Source of the DNA: Narcine bancroftii | Taxonomy: Eukaryota | Direction of reading: 5' to 3' | Length of the DNA: 64,000 nucleotides | Assembly (NCBI RefSeq): GCF_036971445.1 | Contig: NC_091470.1 | Coordinates: 187,302,001-187,366,000, forward strand | Part shown: positions 27,001 to 37,481 of the stretch, piece by piece | How positions within the stretch are numbered: position 1 is the stretch's first letter | Layout: the number at the start of each line of letters is the position of its first letter | Notes under the pieces: model-generated | The model's database searches: none | The model's input: the letters and a program-made list of their open reading frames with translations, nothing else | What the model was told of the DNA's origin: nothing | Translations under genes and position numbers: made by a program

Positions 27001-28686
27001 AGGATCCTTCAGTGGGAACCGGTTGTGAGGGAGGCAACAGGAAGGTGAGAAGAGGGTAGAGATTGAGCGATATAGGCAAATATCTAGCAAATCGAGTAAA
27101 ATAGGAGAAAGTATCCACCAAGAAAATTAAAAAGATTATCTAAATGGCGAGAGATTACACATCTCTGAGGAGCAGAGGGGCCTTTGTGTTAAATTTTTTT
27201 TTCACGTTTTAAAAGTTAAATGTTTAAATTTGGATATACAGCACGGTAACAGGTCAAATTCCTTAAAGACAGCGCAGGATTCGAACTTGGATCGTTGGCA
27301 CTGTAATGGTGTTGCGCTAACCACTACACCAACTGTACCATCCCACAGTTCTGGTGCACAATCCACAAGAGACGAGGGTGCACACACAGTGAGTAATCAG
27401 GAAAGCTAGCAGAACGTACTCTTTAGCGTAAAATCAGAGACTAGGCTTTACTTAAGCAAGGCACATCCGGAGTCCTCGGTCTTAGGTTTCCTGATCGTGT
27501 CAGAGGATCGGACCCACTGATGGGTGAGCAGGGTGAGGCTGCAGGAGCGCTGGAGGCAAATCCACAGACCTTCTGTGTCCCAGAGGGGACTGGCTTCTCT
27601 TTATCCTATTGTTAGGGGGTACCAGGGCAACATTTTTTTCTGCCTTAAGGCAATTTTGTGTAATATTAGATGTTCTGTACTTTTACAAGTTGAACCTCTA
27701 TTAATCAGCGCTCTGATAGACAATTAACAAGGTGCATTGTTTCTGTACTTGAAAAAAAATCTCTACATGGTTGCTATAAGTTTAAAAATCACTAAAGCAT
27801 GTGCATCTTATAGATCTGGGGCAATAAAACCCCAGCAATTACAAAGCTGCAAATTGTTGTCAAAAGAGATACCTAAACAATAAAGGGGCGGCCTCGCACC
27901 CCAAACCATGTATAGAGTGTGTTCAGAGTGAAAAGGGAGGAAACTCGTACGCCACACAAGGTGCAGAGTTACACATTCATTCCAATACCATCTCTCACCC
28001 AGTACTCTGCATACTTCATGCCACCCAACGGGGGCTCCAGATGTCAATCAAAGTCTGCCCAATTCTGCATCACCTATGTTATTTTAAATAGGAACGGGTG
28101 GCAGCATGCTGTATCCAGGGCGCAACTGTCAATTGCCTATCAATTCTCCCCTAACCCCGCATAGCGCATAATCTACAGCGGGAGAAAACCGAAAACCAAT
28201 GCGCTACACCGTCACCCGGGTTCCGGCACTTGATGACCCTCCGCTTTGACCCGCACTGCGAGCCCCGCACCGTGTATTTCCCACTAGGAGCACGCAAGCT
28301 GCGGGCAACCACCCGCCCCGTCGCCGACACATGAATACCGCATGCCTCCAACGTGCGGGGGAGGAGAGGGCGAATGAGGTAGCCAGGGTCCGGGGTGCCG
28401 CGCGTCAATCATTCCGCCCCGCCCCCGCCTTTTCGCTTCACAAAGCGCCAGACCCATGGCCGCCGTTCGCTCGGAGCCGACTCGGGGCCCAAGGTGGGGG
28501 AAATGAGGCCTCGGTTCCGGGCAAAAGGGGGATCGGACTGGGCGATAAAAAAAGGCAGGGCAGCCCGAAAGAAGGAGCGGGGAGGGGTGGATCGATGGGG
28601 AAGGGGGGGTGGGGGGGGCTTCTCTTGAAGCGGAGGCAGAATCCATCTCCTCCGCTCTCTCTCACCTCAGCATCCAGGGAAGCCAT
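2933..28686 (-). CDS. EHMT2: Histone-lysine N-methyltransferase EHMT2 (G9a), 5' part. Seven coding exons (28666-28686, 24855-24939, 14019-14327, 9925-10208, 7940-8092, 6795-6947, 2933-3067) give 380 aa; the gene continues beyond the left edge
   Basis: All junctions are GT-AG with compatible phases (0,1,1,0,0,0,0) and no stop codon. Exon 4 (GHAAKTFPASPSKVLGANRAKMTLTGISKSPSSIQSLAMKLLSVP...KPRVHKARKSISRP) matches recalled human G9a GHATKSFPSSPSK...RAKMSMTGAGKSPPSVQSLAMRLLSMP...QPKVHRARKTMSKP. It lies next to ZBTB12 homologs, as in the MHC class III region. Ankyrin and SET exons are not in the window. Confidence 0.9.
3330..6430. repeat. G/A-rich minisatellite, about 28-nt unit (gtgggtgagggaaggaggtggggaggaa), containing three assembly gaps
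   Basis: Directly visible. N runs at 4788-4923, 5033-5196 and 5545-5680. Intronic in EHMT2. Confidence 0.95.
6795..6947 (-). CDS. EHMT2: EHMT2 extra ARKS exon 2 (153 nt, phase 0-0; SLAEKLGSLP...EVHRARKSIMKGGFSQ)
   Basis: Acceptor ttctttgcctaacag| and donor CAG|GTACAC; 51 codons; ARKS at 6819-6830. Confidence 0.8.
7940..8092 (-). CDS. EHMT2: EHMT2 extra ARKS exon 1 (153 nt, phase 0-0; RTSAEMGSLA...EGHRARKSILKGSFSQ)
   Basis: Acceptor ctgtccatttgtgtacag| and donor CAG|GTATGG; open frame of 51 codons; ARKS at 7964-7975. Confidence 0.8.
9925..10208 (-). CDS. EHMT2: EHMT2 coding exon 4 (284 nt, phase 1-0), carrying the ancestral automethylation/histone-mimic motif VHKARKS
   Basis: Acceptor cctgtcacctacag| and donor CAG|GTACGA; strong similarity to the recalled G9a N-terminal region. 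Confidence 0.92.
10415..10783. mobile_element. hAT-type MITE, same family
   Basis: Same internal sequence; TSD gtatcgag/gtatagag (7/8). Confidence 0.8.
12860..13640 (+). mobile_element. Penelope-like element fragment (GIY-YIG end). Others at about 7660-7820 (-), 28860-29530, 33540-34220, 54150-54710 and 62090-62600 (-)
   Basis: Peptides CCGLLYVGETG and RLGDRFIEHL...PVATHFN...EQHPIFHLGTLQ. Confidence 0.75.
14019..14327 (-). CDS. EHMT2: EHMT2 coding exon 3 (309 nt, phase 1-1; low-complexity, probably disordered N-terminal region)
   Basis: Acceptor tttacttctgcag| and donor AAG|GTATCT. Only the phase-1 frame is open (ORF track 13921..14382), and it joins the G|HAAK start of exon 4. Confidence 0.75.
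14820..15745 (-). mobile_element. CR1 LINE 3' fragment
   Basis: RT C-terminal peptide ISKFADGIKIGG...[30 protein letters not shown]. Confidence 0.85.
16562..18984 (-). mobile_element. L1-derived non-autonomous retroelement: 5'UTR, intact ORF1, inter-ORF region, internally deleted ORF2, 3'UTR and poly(A)
   Basis: Poly(T) on the plus strand at 16562-16594. The ORF2 endonuclease start (ATLNYMSLNINGIHNQIKRNKL) is joined directly to the ORF2 C-terminus (KCIPLEKITY...F...*EPYI). Confidence 0.8.
17634..18854 (-). CDS. LINE-1 ORF1p (coiled coil + RRM + CTD, Transposase_22-like), 406 aa, intact
   Basis: Motifs ENHNRRNNIKIVGLKE, IERAHR, PRSIVVKFLRY and IFIYPDIS preceded by a heptad-rich coiled coil. 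Confidence 0.9.
   Translation of the reverse strand: MATKKEKSKATVRREEEKTKEEKGEGLTCPKRPTAERETRSLRSVNNGLQKWLAEPSKSAQPRMRETSRMRDANEKKHTDGRGDQLGSRSPQPATTAAEHLQQEETTEDNRNKIEEEERATKKQQMTNPEEEEEEEYGEIEEKRGKVKDILALIRGYMESFKEWQTQEFKDLRKRINNTEEKINKMEMTLTEMGKKMDKMEERAVAAEMEVEDLKKKLEKSNKKTKETQELLAQKIDTMENHNRRNNIKIVGLKEDEEGKNMREFIKEWIPKTLGCPELQQELEIERAHRVLASKPQPQQKPRSIVVKFLRYTTREKVLEKTMEKVREGNKPLEYKGQKIFIYPDISFELLKKRKEFNTAKAILWKKGYKFILKHPAVLKIFIPGQQNRLFSDPEEARKFAEQLQK
20696..21237. mobile_element. PIF/Harbinger-type MITE
   Basis: TIRs agccgctttcaggtgg / ccacctgaaagcagcc, TAA TSD on both sides, and repeated internal ttcaggtg/cacctgaa motifs. Confidence 0.75.
22370..23070 (+). mobile_element. Degenerate L1 ORF2 3' fragment; a similar fragment at about 50200-50720
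   Basis: Decayed C-terminal ORF2-like coding (...LEKIKYALRGS...WQP) followed by aataaa and an A tract. Confidence 0.55.
24348..24564. mobile_element. Short hAT MITE next to a larger decayed hAT remnant (about 23330-24339)
   Basis: TIRs cagccattctcaa / ttgagaatggctg; TSD gcctagat/gtctagat. Confidence 0.7.
24855..24939 (-). CDS. EHMT2: EHMT2 coding exon 2 (85 nt, phase 0-1; CEASTTSQTAAEPETARLEASGISKGSI)
   Basis: Acceptor tttctttcctcttcatcccag| and donor TTG|GTGAGG; its phases bridge exon 1 and exon 3. Confidence 0.7.
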
Positions 28687-28740
28687 GGCTCCCGGCCCGT
28701 GACGTCAGTGCGTATAAGCGTGGGGCGGGGCCTAATGAAT
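28180..28740. promoter_or_regulatory. CpG-island promoter of EHMT2, possibly bidirectional
   Basis: CpG-rich stretch around the start exon. Perfect CRE TGACGTCA at 28700-28707 and GC box ggggcgggg at 28722-28730. Confidence 0.7.
28666..28686 (-). CDS. EHMT2: EHMT2 coding exon 1 (MASLDAE)
   Basis: Strong Kozak context gggagccATGG followed by donor GAG|GTGAGA, inside a CpG island. The 21-nt phase-0 coding exon resembles the short first coding exon of EHMT family genes (EHMT1 MAAADAE, recalled). Confidence 0.8.
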
Positions 28741-29639
28741 GGAGGGGGGGTGGTTTAAAGGTCCCCTTGTGCTCACCCACCAGCCTCCTTGTCCATCACA
28801 TCCTCCTCTGCCAATTCTGCCTCCTGCGATGTGACCCCACCACCACCCAAATATTCCCCTCCACCTTCCGCAGGGACCGCTCCCTCCATGACTCCCTGTC
28901 TACTCCACCAATCGTGCCCTTGGTCCCCCCATTCCTGTGACCGCAGGAGTTGCTCCACTTGCCTCTTGCCTCACCACCGTTCAGAGCCCCAAACAGTCCT
29001 CCTCAGTGAAGCAACATTTCACTTGCGAGTCTGAAGAGGAGCCCCCGTTGGGGTCTCTTCTGCCCCTCAGCGTGGATCTCCCAATGGTCACCCATTTCAA
29101 TTCCCCTTACTGGTATGTCATGCACTGCCAGACTGAGACCACCCGCAAATTGGAGGTACAGCACTTCATCTTCTATCTGGGTGCCCTCCAACCGGCTGGC
29201 TTCCGTTAAACGCACCTACTCTTCTTCCCTTGTCACCTTTTCCTCCAACTCTGTCTGTCTGTCTGTCTCTCTCTCGCTTCCCTCTTTCACAGAGCCAAAA
29301 TCAATTCTCACCTCTCCTCTTAACACCTTTTGTTGGTCTGGACTCCTCCCCCAGCCAGCCTTATCTTTATTCTGAGGAGCCTTCCTGTTCTTTGCTTGTT
29401 TCTTGAAGGAGGGACTCAGGCCTGAAACGTCAGTAATATATCTTTTCCTCCTATTGGCTGAGTTCCTCCAGCATTCCTGGGTGTTTTTAACTCCAATCAC
29501 AGTGTCTGCAGACTCTTTTGTTTCACTCCACCCCAACCTTGGCTCAGGATCCCACCTCTCCTGCCCCCCAAGTCGTGACATGAACGCCTTGTAACCCCAC
29601 CCAGTGTGCTATTGCTGCATGAGATATGGAGAGTATGCA

Positions 29640-30450
29640 GAGAGATTTAGATAGGTTAAGTGTCTGGCAGATGGAGTGCAAAGTTGGTAATTGTGAGGGT
29701 TTCCACTTTGGAAGGAAAATGTGGAAGATCAGATTATTATTGAAATGGTGAGCGATTGCAGCGTGCCATCATGCAGGAGGACGCGGGAGGGCTTGTGCAT
29801 GAATCACAAAAGATTGCTTTGCAGGTACAGCAGGCAATCAAGAAGGGAAATGGAATGTTGGCTTTCATTGCTAAATTTAGGAGCAGGGAAGTTAAGATGC
29901 AATTGTGCCCGGTCCTGGCGAGGCCGCATCTGGAGAACTGCGTGCCGTTCTGGTCTCATGACTTGAGGAGGGATGTACTGGCTTTGGAGGCAGTGCAGAG
30001 GGGGTTCACCAGGTTGATGAAGAGGTTGGCCTCTGAGGAGAGATCGAGTTGTCTGGGGCTGTTCTCACTGGAATTTAGAAGAATGAGAGCGATCTTATAG
30101 AAAGGTATAAAATTATGAAGGGCATAGATAAGATAGTAAGCTTGTTTCCATAGGTGGGGGAGACCAGAACTAGGGAACATTGCCTCAAGATTCAGGGGAG
30201 TAGATTTAGGACGGAGATGAGGAGGAACTGCTTTTCCCAGAGGGTGGTGAATCTGTGAAATTTGTTGCCCATTGAAGCAGTGGAGATGACATCAGTAAAT
30301 ATATTTGAGACAAGGTTGTATAGATTTTTACATAGTTGGGGAATTAAAGGATATGGGATAAAGGCAGGAGGGTGGAGATTAGCCGGGATCTCATTGAATG
30401 GCGGAGCAGGCTCGACAGGCTGACTCCTGCCCCTGTTTCTGATGTTCTTA
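29640..30450 (+). mobile_element. CR1 LINE 3' fragment. Others at about 19410-19910, 31470-31780, 39550-40070 (-), 46580-47110, 55210-56030, 58010-58670 (-) and 60590-61790
   Basis: Peptide QVQQAIKKGNGMLAFI...RPHLENCVPFWS...LEAVQRGFTRL. Confidence 0.8.
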
Positions 30451-30552
30451 TGTGCCCACCTTCCACACACTCCATCACAACTTCCAGTGAAGTCTTTTCC
30501 CCCTATTTTATTGTGTTATTTTTGCACAGGAGACCATTCAGCCCGTTGGCAT

Positions 30553-31117
30553 TGTTTAGCACATGGGATCCAAACGGGAGAACATTAAATGGTACTCGAT
30601 TACTAGTTCACTTAAGCAACGATATAGACATTCAGATCAGACCAAGTTGGACTCCGACAATAGTGAACCTCGACACGCTCACACACTTGAATACACACAT
30701 TACAAACAGGGGCTCTTACACACACCTGGTTCCCTTATCAACAAGGGTGCGGCTCCCTGCCAGTATTGATCTATCGCAGTACTACAACTCAGCTTCAGTG
30801 CAGTGCACACCTTACCCGTGACGCTGCCAGCAATGTCCACAGTAGTGACCTGGCGCGGAGCGATTTTCAGGGCAAAGAGAAAGAATGTGCTGTGCGTTGG
30901 TGTTATATACAATATTAATCTGTGCTTCTAGCCAATAATGACCGTAGATGATTTAGATCAGCCAACAGTGAGGTGTGCACTAATTAGTGGCCGGAGTCCA
31001 ACCTCATCTGAGAGGTGATGTGACTTCAGAATAAGTTTCGGACGGGGAGGTCACGTGACCACCCAGAATACACGCATTCCAGTCAGGCAGGGATGGCACG
31101 TTTCCTCCACACACACA
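30553..31117. mobile_element. LTR-like repeat; second copy in the same orientation at 47518-48042
   Basis: The two copies share aaatggtactcgat...ttcacttaagcaac...gtggccggagtccaacct...caggcaggga and have TG...CA ends; no TSD seen. Confidence 0.55.
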
Positions 31118-31849
31118 AAATTAACCGGGGATTCCAGTTTCCTTCCACCATTCAAAAGGTTCACTCCTAGTCAGGAGTGAAGATTGTAATCGGGACCGGC
31201 GGCAGTGAGGAGGCGTTAGGAATTGGCAGCAGCAGTGGGGAGGTGTCGGGGGACCAGCGAGGTCTAATACTATTGGGCTGTTATGGGGGTTTTTTCGTTT
31301 TTGTTTCGATAATGTAAAAAAGCCCCAAAAACCGAACAATGTCTGGTCCAAAGCATTTCAGATATGGGGAAATGTTCTGTATAATTGTAGGCCAGCACCG
31401 CTAAACTGTATGGTATTGTCCATGTCTGGATTGCCTCAGCTCTCGGACCCCTGTCCACGTCACTGCCTAAGTAAGAAAGTTGTTTCCATTGGTGGCGGAG
31501 ACCAGAACTAGCCTCAAGATCCAGATTTAGGACAGAGATGAGGAGGAAGTACTTTTCCCAGAGGGGGGTGAATCTGTGGAATTTGCTGCCCATTGAAGCA
31601 ATGGAGGTGACCTCAGTAAATATATTTAAGACAAGGTTGGATAGATTTTTACATAGTACAAGAATTAAGGGATATGGGGGAAAGGTGGGTTGGTGGAGAG
31701 ATCATCAGATCACCCATGATCTCATTGAATGGCGGAACAGGCTCGATGGGCTGGATGGCCCACTCATGCTCCTGTTTCTTGTCTAGATGTCCCCTGTGTT
31801 GGTCCATGATGTGACACAGTGCTTTCTCCCCCACAGCTGGTGAGCAGGG

Positions 31850-32797
31850 ATGGGATCTGCCGAAGTCCTACACTTCCAGTTCGCCCAGCACGACTCCCGG
31901 GCGCTGCGGCGGATGAACCAGCTGCGCCTGGAGGAGCGTTTCTGCGACGTGACCATCGTGGCGGAGAGGCTGCGCTTCCCGGGACATCGGGTGGTCCTGG
32001 CTGCCTGCTCGCCGTTCCTGCGCGACCAGTTCTTGCTCAACCCAATGCGGGAGGTGAGGGTGGCGCTGGCCAACAGGCCCGAGCTGGTGTTCCGCCTCCT
32101 GCTCTGCTGCTACACCGGGGCTCTGGACTTCCCCTTCACGGACGTGGTGAACTACTTGACGGCCGCCAGCCACCTTCAGATGGACCATGTAGTTCATGAG
32201 TGCCGCCGGGCGCTGTCTCGGTACGTCGACCCACGCATCGTGATCGAAGAAGGTGGCAGCCCTAGACCAGGCACTAGGACCAAGCCGGAGTCGGCAGAGA
32301 GCAGCGGGGTTTACGTGGTGATCGAGCCCGACTCTGAGGTGTCCGAGGAGGAGGAAGGGTCGGGGCTGGCTGGCGACGAGGAGAGCTCAGCCAGCGACGG
32401 GGGCCTAGGGTACCGTGCCGCTATGTCCTGTGGCGAGTGCGCCGAGTCCTTCGCCCGGCCCGAGCAGCTTGCAGCCCACCTGGAGACCCACAAGGTGTTC
32501 AGCTGCCCTCGGTGTGGCAAGACCTTCAGACAGCGGGTGAACCTGACGCGGCATGGCCACGTTCACGCCGGCCTCAAGCCCTACCGCTGCCTCACCTGCG
32601 GCAAGACCTTCACGCAGAACCGCTCGCTCAAGGACCACATGAACCTGCACAGCGGCGAGCGGCCACATCGTTGCCTCTACTGCCGGGCGTGCTTCGCGCA
32701 CAAGCCCGCCCTGCGCCGGCACCTCAAGGAGCAACACGGCAAAACCTCGGCCGACAACTGCCAGCTCGCCTCCCTCCTGCCACCTGGCCCTCTATAG
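31850..32797 (+). CDS. ZBTB12: ZBTB12-like BTB/POZ + 4 C2H2 zinc-finger protein, copy A (315 aa, single coding exon)
   Basis: [20 protein letters not shown]...[16 protein letters not shown] and last finger [18 protein letters not shown] are near-identical to recalled human ZBTB12. Splice acceptor ctttctcccccacag| ends at 31836, just upstream of the ATG. Confidence 0.88.
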   Translation: MGSAEVLHFQFAQHDSRALRRMNQLRLEERFCDVTIVAERLRFPGHRVVLAACSPFLRDQFLLNPMREVRVALANRPELVFRLLLCCYTGALDFPFTDVVNYLTAASHLQMDHVVHECRRALSRYVDPRIVIEEGGSPRPGTRTKPESAESSGVYVVIEPDSEVSEEEEGSGLAGDEESSASDGGLGYRAAMSCGECAESFARPEQLAAHLETHKVFSCPRCGKTFRQRVNLTRHGHVHAGLKPYRCLTCGKTFTQNRSLKDHMNLHSGERPHRCLYCRACFAHKPALRRHLKEQHGKTSADNCQLASLLPPGPL

Positions 32798-34560
32798 GGC
32801 ACTCCAACCTTCCCCCAGGCCAACCCAGTCATCCCAAAAGGGGACCGTTCCGCCCATCGCCTTGGTACTGGTCAGAATCTGGATGGACCGTCCCCTAGAA
32901 CATAGCGCCCAGTGAGAGACACGTTCTCAACGAGGGGCCTAACTGTGGCACATTTAAGGCGAGGCACGAACTGATATCATTAAATATTTGTCTGTCTTTT
33001 ATGTAGTCGGTAGGACATAAGTACTGAAGGTACAAACTAAACTTCTTCATTCATTCAGGTGCCTTGGTGTCTGGCATGGGCGATCATGTCTCTCCATCCG
33101 TTACGATCTCTGACCCTCCGAATTGGAGTTGTTGCCTCCCCAGTTCTCCTTCGGTGAACGCTCCGTCTTTGAGCTGAGACCGTCGTCTATGTTGACTTTA
33201 TGATTACCCAAGGGGAAAAATACTTCAGTGGGTTCCCGTTGCCTTCTTTAGTTGCAGTGTCCACACGGGATGGGTCACCCTGGCCACTGTCCAGCATTTT
33301 TAGTTTTACCACCATGAATTCCAGTTTGTAGAATCTGCCTGTAAAATCCATCCACCAACTGCAATCCATGGCTTCACATAACCCCAATTGGGAGGCTAAA
33401 CAAGTGCTGCACCTTCCCTAAGGGTGACCTGTTGGCTATCGGTCGGAAGGAGTGCCTGACACCTCCTTTCGCTGAGCAGTCGCGCTGCACTGACACTAAC
33501 AACTAAACGTAATGAAACACTAAAGTCCACAGATGCTGTGGAGATTACGCAGGAGACACTCCGCTTGCACCCGCACCTCCTGCCTCACCGCCATTTGGGG
33601 CCCCCCAAACAGTCCTTCCAAATGAAGCAACACCTGGGAATCCGCAGGGGGGTCGTCTATTTCATCCGGTGATTCCATTGTGGCCTCCTCTACATCGGAG
33701 ACACTGGGCGCAGACTGAGAGATTGCCTCGTTCAGAACCTCGGCTCTGCCTGCCGCAGTAGCGTGTGGCCACCCATTTCAATTCCCCGCCTCATTCCCTC
33801 ACCAGCATGTCTTGTCTGTGGTCAGACAGCCAGACTGAGACCACCCGCAAATTGGAGGTGCCACACCTTGTTTTCCATCCGGGCTCCCTCCAACTGGATG
33901 CCATTAACATCAACTTCTTCAGTATCTGTTAAACTCCCCCTCCCTTCTTCTTCTGCCATCACCTCTCCCCCCCACCCCCACCCCCACTCTGTATCTCTTC
34001 CCTTATCTCTCCTTTCACAGAGCCAAAATCAATTCTCACCTTTGTTGTTTTGGACTCCTCCCCCAACCAGTCTTCTGTCTCTTTATTCTGACACCTTCCT
34101 GTTCTTTGCTTCTTCCTTGAAGAAGGGCTCGGGCCTGAAACGTCGGCGATATATTTTTACTTCCTATGGACACTGCGAGACCGGCTGAGCTCCCCCCCAG
34201 CTTTTCTGTGTGTGTTTTAAATCAACTAAACTTGACTGCTTCACAGGGAAGGAGGGCCCATAAACTTTGAGTGGAGTCCTAAGGGGGCCATAGCCAAAAA
34301 AAGGTTAAGAATGGCTGGACTAGATAGAGGAAACCGAGGCCTAAAGCGTTGTTTACCCTTCCTATGGACCTGCTGCGTGACCTACTGAGTTTCTCCAGCA
34401 CGTTGATGCATTCCACTCGACCCCAGCATCTGCAGAATTTCTTGTTTAACTTTGAACAGAGGAAACTATTTCCCCAGCTGGAGACAGGAATTGGGATCAT
34501 CTGGGGGAAAAAGACATCTGCTGTGATGACTGGGTATTGAATTTTGTGTTGGCATTAACG

Positions 34561-34915
34561 CAGTGGTTTTCAAACCATTTTCTTTCCACTCATAGACCGA
34601 CTTAAGTGATCTCTATGCCATAGGTCCTCTGCGATGAGTAAGGTGGTCCATGGGTGAGAAGGGAAGGTTGAGAGTCACTGCTCTTTTTACTGAAATATTT
34701 TGCTTGAGAAAAATTGTAATTGGCCCATTTCCTATGGAGTTCTGAAACCGTGCACATAACGAGTCAATGAGGGACAATTAAAACAGGGGCTTTCAAACTT
34801 TTTCTTTCCATTCACATCCCACCTGAAGCAATCCCTTACTCATCACAGAGCACCGATGGCATAGGGAATACTTAAAGTGGGATGTGAGTGGAAAGAAAGA
34901 GGTTGAAAACCACTG
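34561..34915. mobile_element. hAT-type MITE, same family
   Basis: TIRs cagtggttttcaa / ttgaaaaccactg; TSD cattaacg/cattaaca. Confidence 0.8.
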
Positions 34916-35552
34916 CATTAACACCAGCTATATTCAAGTGTTTCCATCAACCTTTGAGCCTCTTCCCTGTGGCCCTCGGATTGCCGCAGGAGGACCCTTG
35001 CCACCCAGCATCAACCTCCCAGGTTCGAATCTGACCTCCGGTGCTGTTTCCCTGCCCCTCCCTCCCCCCCCCCCCCCCGCCATTTTGGGCTGCTTTCATT
35101 CTCTCTAACCCCCTGCAAATTTCCAGCAGCACATTCCGAATGCCTGGGAAAAGAGTGGAGTGGGTGAATAGTTTGTAGGGAAAATGGCAGGGGTTGGAGA
35201 TGATGCGATCGCTATGGGAACCAACGTAAATTCAACGGGCAGAATGACTTTAGTCTACGCCAAGAAAAATAAAATAATATAAAAAGCCTTGGAGTTCTCT
35301 CTCAGGCTATCTGCTTTCTTTCGGATGAAAGGGGAATCATGTATAAGAGTAAAGAGGTGTTGATGTGGCTCTATGGGGCATTGCTGAGACCTCATTTGGA
35401 GTAACTGTGTGCAGTTACTCCAAATGGGCCTTTAAGAAGGGATGTAATAACATTGGGGAGAATACAGAGATTTACCAGGATAAAATTTACACGGTTTATG
35501 TTGTATTTGACAACTATAACAGAGATACAGGGCATATAAGAGCCAAAATGTG

Positions 35553-35831
35553 CTTACCTTGTTCGTCTGCGTCCCAGGGCCTGCAGGCTGGGCTCAGCCA
35601 TCTTGATTCCTGTGCACATGCGCAGTGGGTTCACGTACTGGAGTTTGGTTGGCGCATGCGCGAGAGTTAAAGGCGTGAATTCAATATCACCTAGGCGCGT
35701 AACTCTCGCGCATGCGCCAACCAAACTCCAATGCGCGAATCCATCACGCATGCACCCACCGAAGGCTCGCGCATGCGCAGATGAATCAAGATGGCCGCGC
35801 CCAGCCCTAGGACACCGACTAACAAGGTAAG
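35553..35831. repeat. Nested inverted repeat with NRF1/YY1 motifs and outward-facing splice donors
   Basis: Perfect 31-bp arms (35639-35669 / 35700-35730), 22/24 middle arms, and perfect 11-bp outer arms cttaccttgtt / aacaaggtaag. Confidence 0.8.
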
Positions 35832-36369
35832 TTCGGACCAGAATGTGGAAAGATTTGATAAGGTTGATGGACAAATTCAGGAAGCTTTTAAGTTGTTATT
35901 GTCAAATCTACAATGAAAGAAAGATTTGATTAAAAAGTTTGCTTTAAGTCTTTGGTGCCCCACACACACGGGCAGAATTCCGATGCGTCCATTTCGAGAT
36001 CCTCTGGTCGCAATTACAGTCCTAAGTCGGGAGTACCTGTACCTACATGGCACTACACTACGGGCGAGGCAACAGTCACTTAGAAGTCGGTACCAGGTGG
36101 GACTGCAGGAGCAGAGCGTATTCCGGCAACCATGGCCAACACTGTATCTGGGCTCCCTCTCCTTGGAGCTAATGGGATAGGGAAAGCACACTCTTCCTCA
36201 GCGAAGCGTGGTGAGGCATCCAACTGCAGGGAGGGGCGAGCTGAGAAATGAGTAAATAGAAAGCACCTCTTCCAGGTCAACTGCCAGAATCAGATGTGAA
36301 GGGTTGAGAGGAGAGACGTGGTAAAGTGTCTGACTGGGTTCTGAAGCTCACAGACAGAAACACTGATAT

Positions 36370-37481
36370 CACTGGACAATGAAGATTTTGCTTACAGAAC
36401 ACTTTTAGGTGTATTTTATGGATATTGGGTTGCTGTTCTCAAAAAGAAATCACCTTAAAAGTTCCCTATCACACACAGTTTTTGAGATATAACCTATTCT
36501 CATGATTTCCTGTCATTTTTAAAGTCTATTAGCCATGTATTGCCCACAAAGCAAGTTGTTTTGGTCAGTCCAAGCCTACCTGGGCATGCAATCAGTGCGG
36601 GTGCTATGCAATTGTTGTCTTAGGCCTGGACATGCTTCATCGGGATAGATGCAGACAGGCTATAAAAGCAGCTCACATATACAGATGTTGTGCATTACAT
36701 TGATTATACATTGTATGCATGTTGAAGTACATGTTCTTCAGGCGAAAGCACTGTGAGTGTACTTAACATGGTCTGTAGGAAGATTCAATTCAGCAGAAAT
36801 GTCTACCTACCTCCCGCACAAATCACCAATATTTGAGCCAAAATGCCTGGCGTTGACTACTCACACGAGGGAATCTAACCACCTAAGCTTGATAATGAAT
36901 TACACTGCATGATGAAGATTTATCTTCCTGAACAATTTTGGGTATATTTTATGTATTTTTGGGCTGCTGCTCACCTTAGAATGTTTCTATCACCTACCAG
37001 TTTTTAGATACAACCTATTCTTGTGATTCCCTGTCATATTTTAAGTTTACTTCAAGCACCCGTGACCCTGAGCTGCAACGCATCATTGAAAATTCACGTT
37101 CTACTTTCGCACTTCTTCCCCGTTGATCTTGAGCTGGCTAGTGACGGACACGGTGAAAGGTTTAGCCGGGACATTGCGGCCATGGAAATGCAGTATCAGG
37201 GCAACTGGAATCCATCAATGCTGGCAGACTATTGTTGGACACTGATGCGAGATTCAAATGAAAAACCGGCAAAACATTTTTAGGCCGGTTGAACTAACGC
37301 AATGTGCCAGCATCATTATGAGATTAAACATGCTAAATTCAATAAAAGTTCATGTTTCTACAACTTCCTACGTGATGCAACAAATCTGAAATTTTCTTTG
37401 TGTTCAGCTTGAAGTTCCCTATCATAACCTCCAGTTTAACTTCAGGAAGCAGACATATTGAAAAACAATTGTTGTCCCGTG
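36370..37481 (+). mobile_element. Deleted DNA transposon, probably CMC/Chapaev3
   Basis: Termini cactggacaa...ttgtcccgtg and a transposase C-terminal remnant SLKIHVLLSHFFP...GERFSRDIAAMEMQYQGNWNPSMLADYCWTL. The family assignment is from memory. Confidence 0.55.

Noticed and set aside
28666-28686. Calling the minus-strand gene EHMT1 (GLP) because MASLDAE resembles MAAADAE
   Set aside because: Exon 4 matches G9a-specific sequence (RAKM...KSP..QSLAM.LLS.P), and adjacency to ZBTB12 fits EHMT2.
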